Positions 27,201 to 33,317 of a DNA stretch of 33,317 bases are shown piece by piece. This stretch comes from a virus (taxonomy: Duplodnaviria > Caudoviricetes), in the IMG/VR virus record IMGVR_UViG_3300025425_000085, positions 1 through 33,317 of that record. The stretch is one strand, 5' to 3'. How positions within the stretch are numbered: the stretch's first letter is position 1; every line of letters begins with the position of its first letter. The notes under the pieces were generated by a model. That model was not told the origin of the DNA, made no database searches, and worked only from the letters and a program-made list of their open reading frames with translations. Position numbers and translations under genes: made by a program.

Positions 27201-28701
27201 GAGATCCTCGGAACTCGTTCATCGCGGAGGCTGCTGAAACTCCAAGCTCTTTTTCGGCGGCGTTTGCAAGGTCAGAAGCAGACATTGCTGCTATGTCTAG
27301 GACTCTTGCTGCCTGACTGCCGTCTCTATTTATGTTGTCGAACAGTGCTGACATCCTTGCAAACTGAAACTTTCCAAACAATTGTTCCATTGCTCGGGCT
27401 CTATTCAAAGGATCCAAAGTGTCTAGGGCTTCGCCTAGCTCGAGCATGGTCCCTCTAAGGTTTCCTACGTTACCTTCAACAATTCCGACAACATCAATTC
27501 CAAAACCTGACAACATCTTTTTGGCTGCGGTCGTGGGGTTAACTAAGCGCCCAAGGCTCGACTTCAGGGCATTTGCGCCCTCTGCCGCATTGACGCCGCT
27601 CTCCTTCATGGCTGCCAGGAAGAAGGACAGGTCCTTGACGTCTCCTCCAAGAACCTGAATTACCGTTGCTACCTTTGGAATTGCAGTAGTAACATCATCT
27701 AGGGCAACAACTGTCTGGTTCTCAACTGCGTTTAGGAAATTGATAGAGTCTGCTAGCTCATCAGAGGATAGCCTGAATGCGTTCTGCAAGGATATAGTTG
27801 TGTCTAAAGCTTTTTGCTGATCTAGCTGACCAAGTACGGCGAGCCTTGTTGCTTGCTCTGTCTGCCTATTAAGATCTTCTCCCGCGAATCCTGCGGCAGC
27901 AGCGTCCCCAGCTAGGCTAAGAGTGTCTTTTACAGCAACCCCATATCTTGTGAACTCGTTCGCAATCCTTCGAACATCCTCTAGGGCCTTATCTGCCTGG
28001 ATGTCAGTTGTGAACATGTCACCATAAACTTTTCTAAACTTTATGACCTGCTCTTCTAGCTCCATAAAAGTCTTTGAAGCTATCCCACCAAAAATAGTAA
28101 GAGGTATTGTAAATCCAACCATTAGCTGTCTACCAGCCCACTGGGTGTTCTTACCAAAGTTTAGAAGATTCGTGGAGCCCTGTCTAAGTAGCTGATTAAG
28201 AATCTGCTGCTTTTGAGCGGCAATTGCGGTCCGTGTTCCAAGGTTTTCTAAATCTAGATTCAGAGGCCTTATAGCTATAGACTTCATAGCACCGCTGGCA
28301 TCTCGACCTAGTTTTACGTACTGGGTTTGAAGAGTCTTGACTCTTTCCCTGGCTGTCTTTTCAATAACACCCAGCTCTGAGGTGAACATTCTTCCAAAGC
28401 TTTTTGTGGATGCGCCGGCGTAACGGAAGTATTGCCCCATTGAGAGCTTGTTTTTCTCAAGGGACGAGGTAAAGGATTCGGCAGAGGTCTGAACACTCTG
28501 GATGCTAGCAGAAAACTTGCCAGTGGAGTTTATACCACTGACAAGCTGCTGAGATAACTTGCTTGCGGCTTGGGCTTGGGCAGCCGTACCGCGATTCATC
28601 TGTGCTTGGAAGCCGGAGATCTTGCTTTGGAGGGCTTTTATCGACGCCAGTGCACCGGCTGTGTCTATATCTATCCGTATATTGGATTCAATATCGGCCA
28701 T
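21241..28701 (-). CDS. Tail tape measure protein
   Basis: 2486 aa, Ala/Leu-rich helical. TMP core motifs (AAAGFAGEDL...ATRLAVLG, AAEGANALKSSLGRL, ALDTLDPLNRARAMEQLFGK), hydrophobic segments, coiled coils, GGAGGT RBS. Follows the major tail and chaperone genes. Confidence 0.95.
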   Translation of the reverse strand: MADIESNIRIDIDTAGALASIKALQSKISGFQAQMNRGTAAQAQAASKLSQQLVSGINSTGKFSASIQSVQTSAESFTSSLEKNKLSMGQYFRYAGASTKSFGRMFTSELGVIEKTARERVKTLQTQYVKLGRDASGAMKSIAIRPLNLDLENLGTRTAIAAQKQQILNQLLRQGSTNLLNFGKNTQWAGRQLMVGFTIPLTIFGGIASKTFMELEEQVIKFRKVYGDMFTTDIQADKALEDVRRIANEFTRYGVAVKDTLSLAGDAAAAGFAGEDLNRQTEQATRLAVLGQLDQQKALDTTISLQNAFRLSSDELADSINFLNAVENQTVVALDDVTTAIPKVATVIQVLGGDVKDLSFFLAAMKESGVNAAEGANALKSSLGRLVNPTTAAKKMLSGFGIDVVGIVEGNVGNLRGTMLELGEALDTLDPLNRARAMEQLFGKFQFARMSALFDNINRDGSQAARVLDIAAMSASDLANAAEKELGVSAASAMNEFRGSLERLKASLAPIGELFLRLVTPIMDFAAKGLDSFNGLSDGMKSVVAGLGVALGVIGPVALMTFGLLANGAANIIKGFLALRQMFQSTGKQSQILGEQTQYLTEKQLQEMAVAASLEQAHNRLAQSFTSEAAAIEKLVVAYGKAIQRQQQFAGVGIATTMAAPRKMQAGGVVSVPGSGKGDKVPAMLEPGEAVIPGAMAKRYAPLINGMIAGNIPGYKKGRSSVGGSLGSPSGQIMQVTNRNSLGAIETLASNINGADDLINQAFTNLANKTDIRIKDFVEEIKRIAQETGQGVPQAILDRGDRKSSASSVGERRPHRQQIGEERGAKGVAEYERELNTAKKLRTELEAINKTKIKAGKTAMFSDKEIKDMTQIDRSHIIGVDKGLGAKSFNSEFTKPEVGARNRLSGMMQLSPKNQSMMKGTMEEMNMSQKEVDALQDKYTRGLALTEAEHDTQAKVLKRVLEKLKANANLSKQVSPSFEKYATGVVTTASIKSKNPALRAPMERDTQAATREYEMMRRSREDAVVKSVKKNSRSASPSKKLEQEGKNLVDGIEMGVRSGADDVSAAGQSLGQAAADGIYRVSPTRVTTNKNTAMAAQRDRNRGTDATGLGLLGKVKSGQASDVQTRKLIQTTNNTSSSMGNLGGSIMQASFAFSSMTMLFGSMGIEVGNLNEIVFGLSNAAFALSLILPLVTTLFKKMAASMAGRNMAEIFLGAPGRLGAKVAGAKATAGVTKVMAGGLKNTWKNLSTVGGALGGVLGKIVPLFLRFVPFLGLAIAAFGIFKTIGDIAEQQKQKIEGLGNAAFATGEKLKNISGLIGVALARDPDRRGQVTSVEGLGAGGAQRVQAIRETEEFNKLKGESSDKGGFKEDIENIKKATVEQAKVALDNLALQLLALSPEGTDPAVIQEYVAAIAAEAGQTDLDLSFILSVDLSDPEQFDKLVSSATSSFSKIQSEYESSLANVKNANFLPKDLLPQLNMLGSEYSSVFEALNTGFSSGVIEQDAYEKATEGLLSNVASLGTGAKVVMDKLFENVGIDPKELSGIQDVNDKMLAFKVLQAGGNVSDEDLFALDNADDYSATQDEINAGAEVRTALEERLAASIANTTNALLAKAEGEREVNILTSTAAIDDEIAANEALLGLYPRLLESLGSEEEALKAVTDAQKLKLIQDAIEQDLTKGTTENYDNVISALSSLAESQEAVNDVTSRSNLLTEIANLREKNSVLAWLTSNGLSVAKAMEVIGNATLYAGAAASMAGEEFEEFKIMMEEFNTLSSNITVSSGSREKSPFEEAIENLKEQLTQLKQNTEAYAKLRKAGLGVKDAFENAKDPILAAALATTKVGTAAWSKLVNQIKAVNKELSRGALKELLQTGKVDQELKRNQIAASSALTALGYSYEQIKEVLSNDDLVNSVAKDLKDGVINSRDLLNSLKQIQIMEALDVKLNFTTKEGTEEEFKKLFDKAVDYLEAQKATIEVQFEIDTASDNSIVTDAENLIATLSFALDDLDAQISGIADQEEDINKKYEERETALDKVQKINEKIARQQKGQLSIAEALSQGDIAAAAAATQELRAQQAQDNREAQKELLSLSKDRQLSALRSLDGRSRLEIEAKIKDIKNEIFRIEEDTLEPAQERIRLITVEKDAAIASLEAQIRKWDMLSARVTESKLKLTPEEMSAMEYQAGLIADMLENWDKIKDKTATLTITKKTVEKKDPTPSKTGSGGSGGSGGSGNGSSGGQSRDDLLPNTDDPTSIGGPENSNVPNTGPTGAYGDNISGFIKNQERKTKPATDNVSGFIKNQERETKPATNGSDRRFENLNPANAPKPKSSSVSKADAAETTRLIGITRDRIISGDFSSPAQRQRLVDLNVARITGQRVGSAAGGMVLRYMASGGMVPKYMAEGGKLMKPMGTDKVPAMLTPGEFVIKKSSVNSYGVENLKSINNGQAPDSNSVYNYSLTVNTKSGSDPDDIARTVMTSLKRVESQRIRSSRY
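21794..21901. repeat. 54-bp tandem duplication (2 copies, 52/54 identical), in frame in the tape measure gene
   Basis: Units start at 21794 and 21848; encodes DNISGFIKNQERKTKPAT / DNVSGFIKNQERETKPAT. Confidence 0.95.
22003..22056. repeat. Gly/Ser low-complexity 9-bp repeats in the tape measure gene
   Basis: ccggaacca-like units encode GSGGSGGSGGSGNGSSGG. Confidence 0.8.
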
Positions 28702-28724
28702 AAACTACACCTCCCTTTATCTGG

Positions 28725-29048
28725 CTATTTGGTCAGATTAGATACTACTGAAGTGTCTCCCATATCAATACCTGATGCTGCTTCTACAATTTTGTATAGA
28801 GTAGGTAAATCTAAAACTTCTTCAAGAGCCGCAAGATCTTCTGCTATCTCTGGCTTGTACTGCCTCATTGCGATTTGGACACACTCCATGAGTACGTCCA
28901 TCGACTTTTCATTGTCATCGGCAACTTGCGCTACCTGCTCAAACTTTTTCATAAAACTACGCAGCAGCGAAATCTTTAGTGGTCTAACAGTTATGGTAGA
29001 TCCATCCATTAGCTTTAGTGTGTTCTCTTCGTTAATAGTTACAGCCAT
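28725..29048 (-). CDS. Tail assembly chaperone, short (G-like) form
   Basis: 107 aa, acidic and helical, directly upstream of the tape measure; paralogous to the N-terminal half of 29107..29796; GAGAGG RBS. Confidence 0.75.
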   Translation of the reverse strand: MAVTINEENTLKLMDGSTITVRPLKISLLRSFMKKFEQVAQVADDNEKSMDVLMECVQIAMRQYKPEIAEDLAALEEVLDLPTLYKIVEAASGIDMGDTSVVSNLTK

Positions 29049-29085
29049 TCTTTTTTCCTCTCAATAGCCCCGTTTGGTTATTACA

Positions 29086-29094
29086 AGTATACCA
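29086..29094 (-). promoter_or_regulatory. Extended -10 promoter for the short chaperone and tape measure operon
   Basis: TGGTATACT, intergenic, 37 nt before ATG 29048. Confidence 0.6.
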
Positions 29095-29106
29095 CAAAGG
29101 GGATTT

Positions 29107-29796
29107 TTATTTTTTAGTTAAATCCTCGTAACCCAGCCCCATGCCTATTCCGAAGCCAGCGTTTCTAGCATTTACACCCTGCAAGGCTGTAATGTCGTTT
29201 GCATCTTTAGCTTTTCCACCACTGAATACACGAGCCTTCATTTCTTCCCACTCATCTTTCTTGCCCGACTGCTTGTCGATGTCAATACCTTGAATTGCTG
29301 CCAAAAACTTTTTCTCTGAGTATTCAGCTTCCCTCTTTGCATTAAGAGTGGCAGACAGCTCTGGCATAGACATTGAAAGCTCTAGGTCCTCATAGTCCTT
29401 CCATATTCCCAGAAGGAACACTTCTGCCTCAAGCTCTGCAAGCTTTGTGTTTTCCCAGGACACTGAAGAGTCCGTAGCCTTTTCTTTTATTTCAGAGGGC
29501 TCATTCTCAGGCTCTATCTTTATCCCAGCGGCAAACTTTAGTATTGCGTATAGACCTTGTATGTCAAGGTTATCCTCTACGTCATAAATGGTTTTTATTG
29601 AAGGGCAGAACTGCTTCATAGATATCCTTACGCACTCTAGGATATGTGTCATGGACTCGTCATCATTCTCTGAACTTTCGATATACCGGAAGGCATCCAT
29701 AAACTCTCTGAGATATTTAATTTTTAACGGGGTGACATAAAGCTCTGTACCGTCGACTAATTCGACGATACCGGATTCATAAATTTTAGTTGCCAT
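29107..29796 (-). CDS. Tail assembly chaperone, long (GT-like) form
   Basis: 229 aa from ATG 29796 (the track start at 29835 falls inside a terminator hairpin). G-like N domain, acidic linker, then T-like domain (W...LAELEAEVFLLGIWKDYEDLELSMSMPEL). Confidence 0.72.
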   Translation of the reverse strand: MATKIYESGIVELVDGTELYVTPLKIKYLREFMDAFRYIESSENDDESMTHILECVRISMKQFCPSIKTIYDVEDNLDIQGLYAILKFAAGIKIEPENEPSEIKEKATDSSVSWENTKLAELEAEVFLLGIWKDYEDLELSMSMPELSATLNAKREAEYSEKKFLAAIQGIDIDKQSGKKDEWEEMKARVFSGGKAKDANDITALQGVNARNAGFGIGMGLGYEDLTKK

Positions 29797-29802
29797 CCTA
29801 TA

Positions 29803-29811
29803 AGTATAGCA
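29803..29811 (-). promoter_or_regulatory. Extended -10 promoter positioned for a leaderless transcript of the long chaperone
   Basis: TGCTATACT-tatagg-ATG: 6 nt between the -10 and the start codon. Confidence 0.6.
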
Positions 29812-29846
29812 AAAAGAAATCCCCCCCAGATGCAATCTGAGAGGGA
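29811..29846 (-). terminator. Intrinsic terminator after the major tail protein gene
   Basis: UCCCUCUCAGAU-UGC-AUCUGGGGGGGA: 12-bp stem (2 GU pairs) followed by UUUCUUUUU. Confidence 0.82.
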
Positions 29847-29872
29847 AATCTATATTAAATTATATTTACTTT

Positions 29873-30496
29873 TTATGCAGCTGGGATTGTGCGATCTACG
29901 ATCTTTCCATATGACGCTGAGTCATTTGGTAGAAGACGGAACGAGACCTCAAACATTGTTGCCTCATCACGCTTTGCTGATACTGTAACATTCTCAATGG
30001 AGAGTGCTCGGTATGCAACATAGACGCGCTCAACCTGGTCAGAAAGTGCACAGTCTCCTGTACCTGGTCCAACGGCTACTAGGCCTCTCTCAACTGGACA
30101 TTCTCCAATTTCACCTGCGGACAGGTTTAGTGTTGGGTTCAGTGCAACTGTAGTTAGGTCTGCGTCTTTTCCAGCAATAGAAAACAAGAGGTTCTCTAGA
30201 GTGGACTCAGCGAAAGCAGTGTTAAGATTAACCTGCATTCCCTGCTTGTAAAGCTTTGCAACGTCTAGTACCTGGTCAACCTGAACTTCTCCGAAGTCTG
30301 GCTGAAACAAAATCTCTAGGCCGTTCATTGTGTAGCCTACGTTACGGAAGTCTACGTCGCCATCAAGTGTTTCCTTGAACGACACGTCATCCACGTAAGC
30401 TGGAAGATCTGCGTCTGTAAGAAGCCCATCTTCGTACGTAAATAGTGCTGCTGCTCCAACGATAATGTTGGAACTAGATCCACGTGTATATGCCAT
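29873..30496 (-). CDS. Major tail (tube) protein
   Basis: 207 aa, NIIVGAA...NVGYTMNGL...VQVDQ...TAFAESTLENL...FEVSFRLLP is typical of siphovirus tube proteins. Own promoter, AGGTG RBS and terminator. Confidence 0.88.
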   Translation of the reverse strand: MAYTRGSSSNIIVGAAALFTYEDGLLTDADLPAYVDDVSFKETLDGDVDFRNVGYTMNGLEILFQPDFGEVQVDQVLDVAKLYKQGMQVNLNTAFAESTLENLLFSIAGKDADLTTVALNPTLNLSAGEIGECPVERGLVAVGPGTGDCALSDQVERVYVAYRALSIENVTVSAKRDEATMFEVSFRLLPNDSASYGKIVDRTIPAA

Positions 30497-30552
30497 ATTA
30501 TTTCACCTCTTTTTCCTTAAATAGAGTAAAGAGCGTTTGTTTCCTCATCATT

Positions 30553-30561
30553 ATTATACCA
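30553..30561 (-). promoter_or_regulatory. Extended -10 promoter for the major tail gene
   Basis: Consensus TGGTATAAT preceded by an A-tract, intergenic. Confidence 0.68.
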
Positions 30562-30576
30562 CGTTTTTTTAACTAT

Positions 30577-31098
30577 CTATTTATGCCAGTCGTAGTCAAT
30601 GATTATTTTATTCCCCGCATAGGTCCTTGCAGTGCCAAAATCAATGAGGTCTCTAGTCTCTTCTAGCTGGTAAATCTTGATTCTATGAAAGAAGGGTGTA
30701 GGTCGGACTTCTCCTTTATCGTCTAGAAGTGGGTTTGCAGATGCCTGCTTTGCTACAGAAAAAGAGTTTAGCTCCTGAGCAGACTCGTCTTCTCTGTCTA
30801 GAAGGTCCTGTATTACTTGCGTGGCTTCAATCAGCTGCACTGGATCACCAGATGTCTTGTAGAAGTAATACAAGAGCTGCTCTGACTTTATGTGAGGAAA
30901 TGGAGTCTTTCTCATTTTAAACATTCTATCGTAAACAGCAAAAATATTATTAGCCGCGTCAGGAAAGGATACTGTCAAGTCCTCGATAGCTGTTGGTGAA
31001 GTCGGGAAGAAGGGAAACACAAAATCTGCCCCAAGCGTATCTGGTACGGCCTGTGCTAGATATGAGTTAATAAAAGCTGGGGGGTAATATATAGCCAT
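30577..31098 (-). CDS. Probable tail terminator / completion protein
   Basis: 173 aa immediately upstream of the major tail gene; function inferred from synteny. Confidence 0.58.
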   Translation of the reverse strand: MAIYYPPAFINSYLAQAVPDTLGADFVFPFFPTSPTAIEDLTVSFPDAANNIFAVYDRMFKMRKTPFPHIKSEQLLYYFYKTSGDPVQLIEATQVIQDLLDREDESAQELNSFSVAKQASANPLLDDKGEVRPTPFFHRIKIYQLEETRDLIDFGTARTYAGNKIIIDYDWHK

Positions 31099-31772
31099 TA
31101 GATGTCTACCTGTGCCTTTGTTATCCAGGAGTACCCTGCAGACAGGCCTATAGATTTTCCGCCTGCCATACCGCTTCTAATGTTATTATGAAAGGCCTTG
31201 GGCCTGGATAAGTATGCCCTTAACCCCGTGGCGTCAAGGAACGCCTGAGAAAAGTACTGGTCCATAAATATGTTAAAGACCCTTTCAAAGGATCCTTGGG
31301 CATCTACCCCTCCAGGATTGGCTACGTCAATCGGCCCCCTAGTAAACACTGTCTCGCCGTCTTGCTCAAAAGCAAGGACCGTAGATCTTTTTGGAGTAAT
31401 CCTGACAGGGATTCCGTACTCCATGATTCTTGCCTTATCGTAAAATGGTACATTAGAGCCGTTCTGGATAGCTTCTGATTGCCTGAATGTTGAAGAGACT
31501 GAAACCCCAGCACCAGTAACAACGTAGTCTATGTCGTACAGCCTTGCCGATGGGTTTCCGGAACTGTACCACTCGTATACGTGCTGCAGTGCCTCTGGGT
31601 CCACCCTAGCATTTGAGTCTATAAACTGCTTAGCCATCTCTACGGCTGACTTACCTATCTCCCTTTTGAATACTCTTTTGCCCCTCTGGGCACCGTCCAG
31701 AAAGCCAATGGAGTACTGGACCAAATTGTTCATGTCTTTATTAAAGGATGACATCCCAAACACAGCCCTCAT
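31098..31772 (-). CDS. Probable neck / tail completion protein
   Basis: 224 aa with KARIMEYG...ITPKRSTVLAFE...VFT...V.NPG motif seen in tail completion proteins; synteny. Confidence 0.6.
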   Translation of the reverse strand: MRAVFGMSSFNKDMNNLVQYSIGFLDGAQRGKRVFKREIGKSAVEMAKQFIDSNARVDPEALQHVYEWYSSGNPSARLYDIDYVVTGAGVSVSSTFRQSEAIQNGSNVPFYDKARIMEYGIPVRITPKRSTVLAFEQDGETVFTRGPIDVANPGGVDAQGSFERVFNIFMDQYFSQAFLDATGLRAYLSRPKAFHNNIRSGMAGGKSIGLSAGYSWITKAQVDI

Positions 31773-32221
31773 TAGATATTTCCTGCCTGGTTTTCGGACC
31801 TTCGTATTACTACCTTATAATATTCGATGCTTCCGAAAGGCCCTACAAAAGGCTCTACAGATGCAAGCTCAAAGATAGTAGACCTGCCTGAGCGAACCCC
31901 AGCAGTTTCGTTATAAAGATAATTCTTTTGCTTGTCTTTAATGTTAGTTAAGATTACGTTAGTTATAGAGTTCTTTTCCTGCCTTGCGGAAAGCCTAGGG
32001 TCGGCTTTTAACCGACCTACCAAGACGAACTCTTGGGTGATGTTTATGTTTGGCTTAACGTCTTCTGAAAATGCAGAACCTGCGGAGGAGAAGTTGCAAG
32101 CAATGGTTCTGTCTAGCAGCCATTCCTTCTTTATGTTTCCGTAACTTCCTTGCTCTACGATTGGGTGCAGGATGTCTACCTGCATCGGAAAGGTAAAGTC
32201 GATTACGTCACATGCAGCCAC
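31772..32221 (-). CDS. Probable head closure (stopper) protein
   Basis: 149 aa, beta-rich, GTG start in a TAGTG overlap; QGSYGNIKKEW...IAC pattern; synteny. Confidence 0.58.
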   Translation of the reverse strand: MAACDVIDFTFPMQVDILHPIVEQGSYGNIKKEWLLDRTIACNFSSAGSAFSEDVKPNINITQEFVLVGRLKADPRLSARQEKNSITNVILTNIKDKQKNYLYNETAGVRSGRSTIFELASVEPFVGPFGSIEYYKVVIRRSENQAGNI

Positions 32222-33317
32222 TACAGGACTCCTAGCCTAGTAATCGTGTCAACGTGTCGGCTCAGGATCTTGTCAACTATTAGGTTTCCTGTTCCACCAA
32301 AGAGTTGCTTGTCAAACTGAATCTTAAACTGGTCCGTGTTATAAGCAGATACATACCTCTGAAAATACTCAAGCTTTCCACATTTGAGGTCTTCAACTAG
32401 AAGCTTTGTGGCATACTCGATGTCTGGAGAAATGGCCTTGGGGCCTACATCCAGAACAAAGTTATAGTCCCATCCTTTAGGAAAGTCTCCGAAGTTTCTT
32501 GCGTCATACACCAGGTCTCCTCGACCAATAGGTACTGTGACTTGCCGGCCTTCTAGCCTGTTTACTACGCCAGCGAGCTCTCTTACGATTGCCGAGTTAT
32601 CTCTTGAGACCTTGTACAAGACATCCCAACCCCTAAGAGCTAGGGCAAAATTTTCATCTGCAACTGCTGAGTAGTCTGCGATCTTTGCTCTGACCCTAAA
32701 AGAATGCTCATCAATTATTTCTGATACTATAAAAGATCCGTTAAGTGATTCGTACTCTTCTTGGACACCAGAGATTACAATCCTATTTCCTACTTCATAC
32801 TTGTTTGCCTCAACTGTTGTTAGGCCTACATCTTTTGTTACTGGCTGCTCTACATCATGGAATCCTGAGATTCTTAGCTTGACGTCTTCTCCATCAAAAA
32901 CTAATTTGCTGTTCTCATGAACACGTAGTACTTTGTTTACATCGTACCATAATGGCATATAATCTGAGCCCTGCCCAGCAGCTTGCACGTTTACTTTTTT
33001 ATTGTAAAAGCCTTTGGCTACTACGCTATCAATAATTGCCCTGGAGACTATCTCCAAGGTCTTGTACTCCAAGATTTCTGAAGCTGTTGTACCTAATGTT
33101 TTGGGGTCTACGTAGGGCCTATAGATGTCTAGGTTGTCTTCTACTACCGTTTGCCCTGTTGAGTCTAATACCTTGAACAAGAACTTCCTGTCAAATTGTA
33201 CCATTGACTTTGGAAGAGAGTAGGTTATCTTAGATGTAGCGTTTGAGACTACGTCAGCATTTTGAAATGAGTGATCCACCAAATCTTCTACATAAATTAC
33301 ATAAGAAGTATTTGCTT
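32221..33317 (-). CDS. Probable head-to-tail adaptor (5' end outside the window)
   Basis: Frame stays open past 33282 to the edge (..ANTSYVIYVEDLVDHSF..). Adaptor-like motifs SRAIIDS, PDIEYATKLLV, GTGNLIVDKILSRH. Confidence 0.68.
   Translation of the reverse strand, partial: ANTSYVIYVEDLVDHSFQNADVVSNATSKITYSLPKSMVQFDRKFLFKVLDSTGQTVVEDNLDIYRPYVDPKTLGTTASEILEYKTLEIVSRAIIDSVVAKGFYNKKVNVQAAGQGSDYMPLWYDVNKVLRVHENSKLVFDGEDVKLRISGFHDVEQPVTKDVGLTTVEANKYEVGNRIVISGVQEEYESLNGSFIVSEIIDEHSFRVRAKIADYSAVADENFALALRGWDVLYKVSRDNSAIVRELAGVVNRLEGRQVTVPIGRGDLVYDARNFGDFPKGWDYNFVLDVGPKAISPDIEYATKLLVEDLKCGKLEYFQRYVSAYNTDQFKIQFDKQLFGGTGNLIVDKILSRHVDTITRLGVL

Noticed and set aside
29067-29102. Imperfect inverted repeat CCCCGTTTGGT...ACCACAAAGGGG around the short-chaperone promoter
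   Set aside because: Pairing needs bulges and a large loop, and there is no U-tract on the minus strand. Too weak to call a terminator or operator.
28702-29110. Programmed frameshift joining the chaperone ORFs or chaperone and TMP
   Set aside because: Both ORFs end in clean stops followed by intergenic promoter or RBS signals. The A-runs near 29050 and 29110 are in the leader or at the stop, with no overlapping downstream ORF to shift into.
2197-31522. Short nested minus-strand ORFs (2197..2379, 15080..15274, 28314..28496, 31322..31522)
   Set aside because: 60-66 aa out-of-frame ORFs inside longer genes, without motifs or evident initiation signals.
1-33317. Alternative genetic code, tRNA genes or structured ncRNA
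   Set aside because: Standard code gives near-complete coding density with TAA, TAG and TGA all used as stops. Intergenic gaps are at most about 106 bp and are explained by promoters and terminators.

Overview
A 33.3 kb segment of a large tailed dsDNA phage (siphovirus-like), with every credible gene on the minus strand. In transcription order (right to left): head-tail joining genes (first one truncated by the window edge), major tail protein, two paralogous tail assembly chaperones, a 2486-aa tape measure protein, tail tip/baseplate and fibre genes, a replication/recombination block (MerR-like HTH, DnaB helicase, DnaG primase, SSB, DnaE, RecA, Hjc-like nuclease, DnaQ/RNase H-like exonuclease, Cas4-like nuclease, RuvC-like resolvase), small genes including a DUF1599/Nmad1-like protein, then small and large terminase (truncated). 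This gene set and order recall large actinobacterial siphoviruses; the host assignment is inference. The most notable observation is that the long (GT-like) and short (G-like) tail chaperones appear to be separate duplicated genes with their own promoters (one apparently leaderless) rather than products of the usual programmed frameshift. I saw no tRNA, CRISPR array, integrase, intein or lysis cassette. All calls come from motif reading by eye, without database searches.
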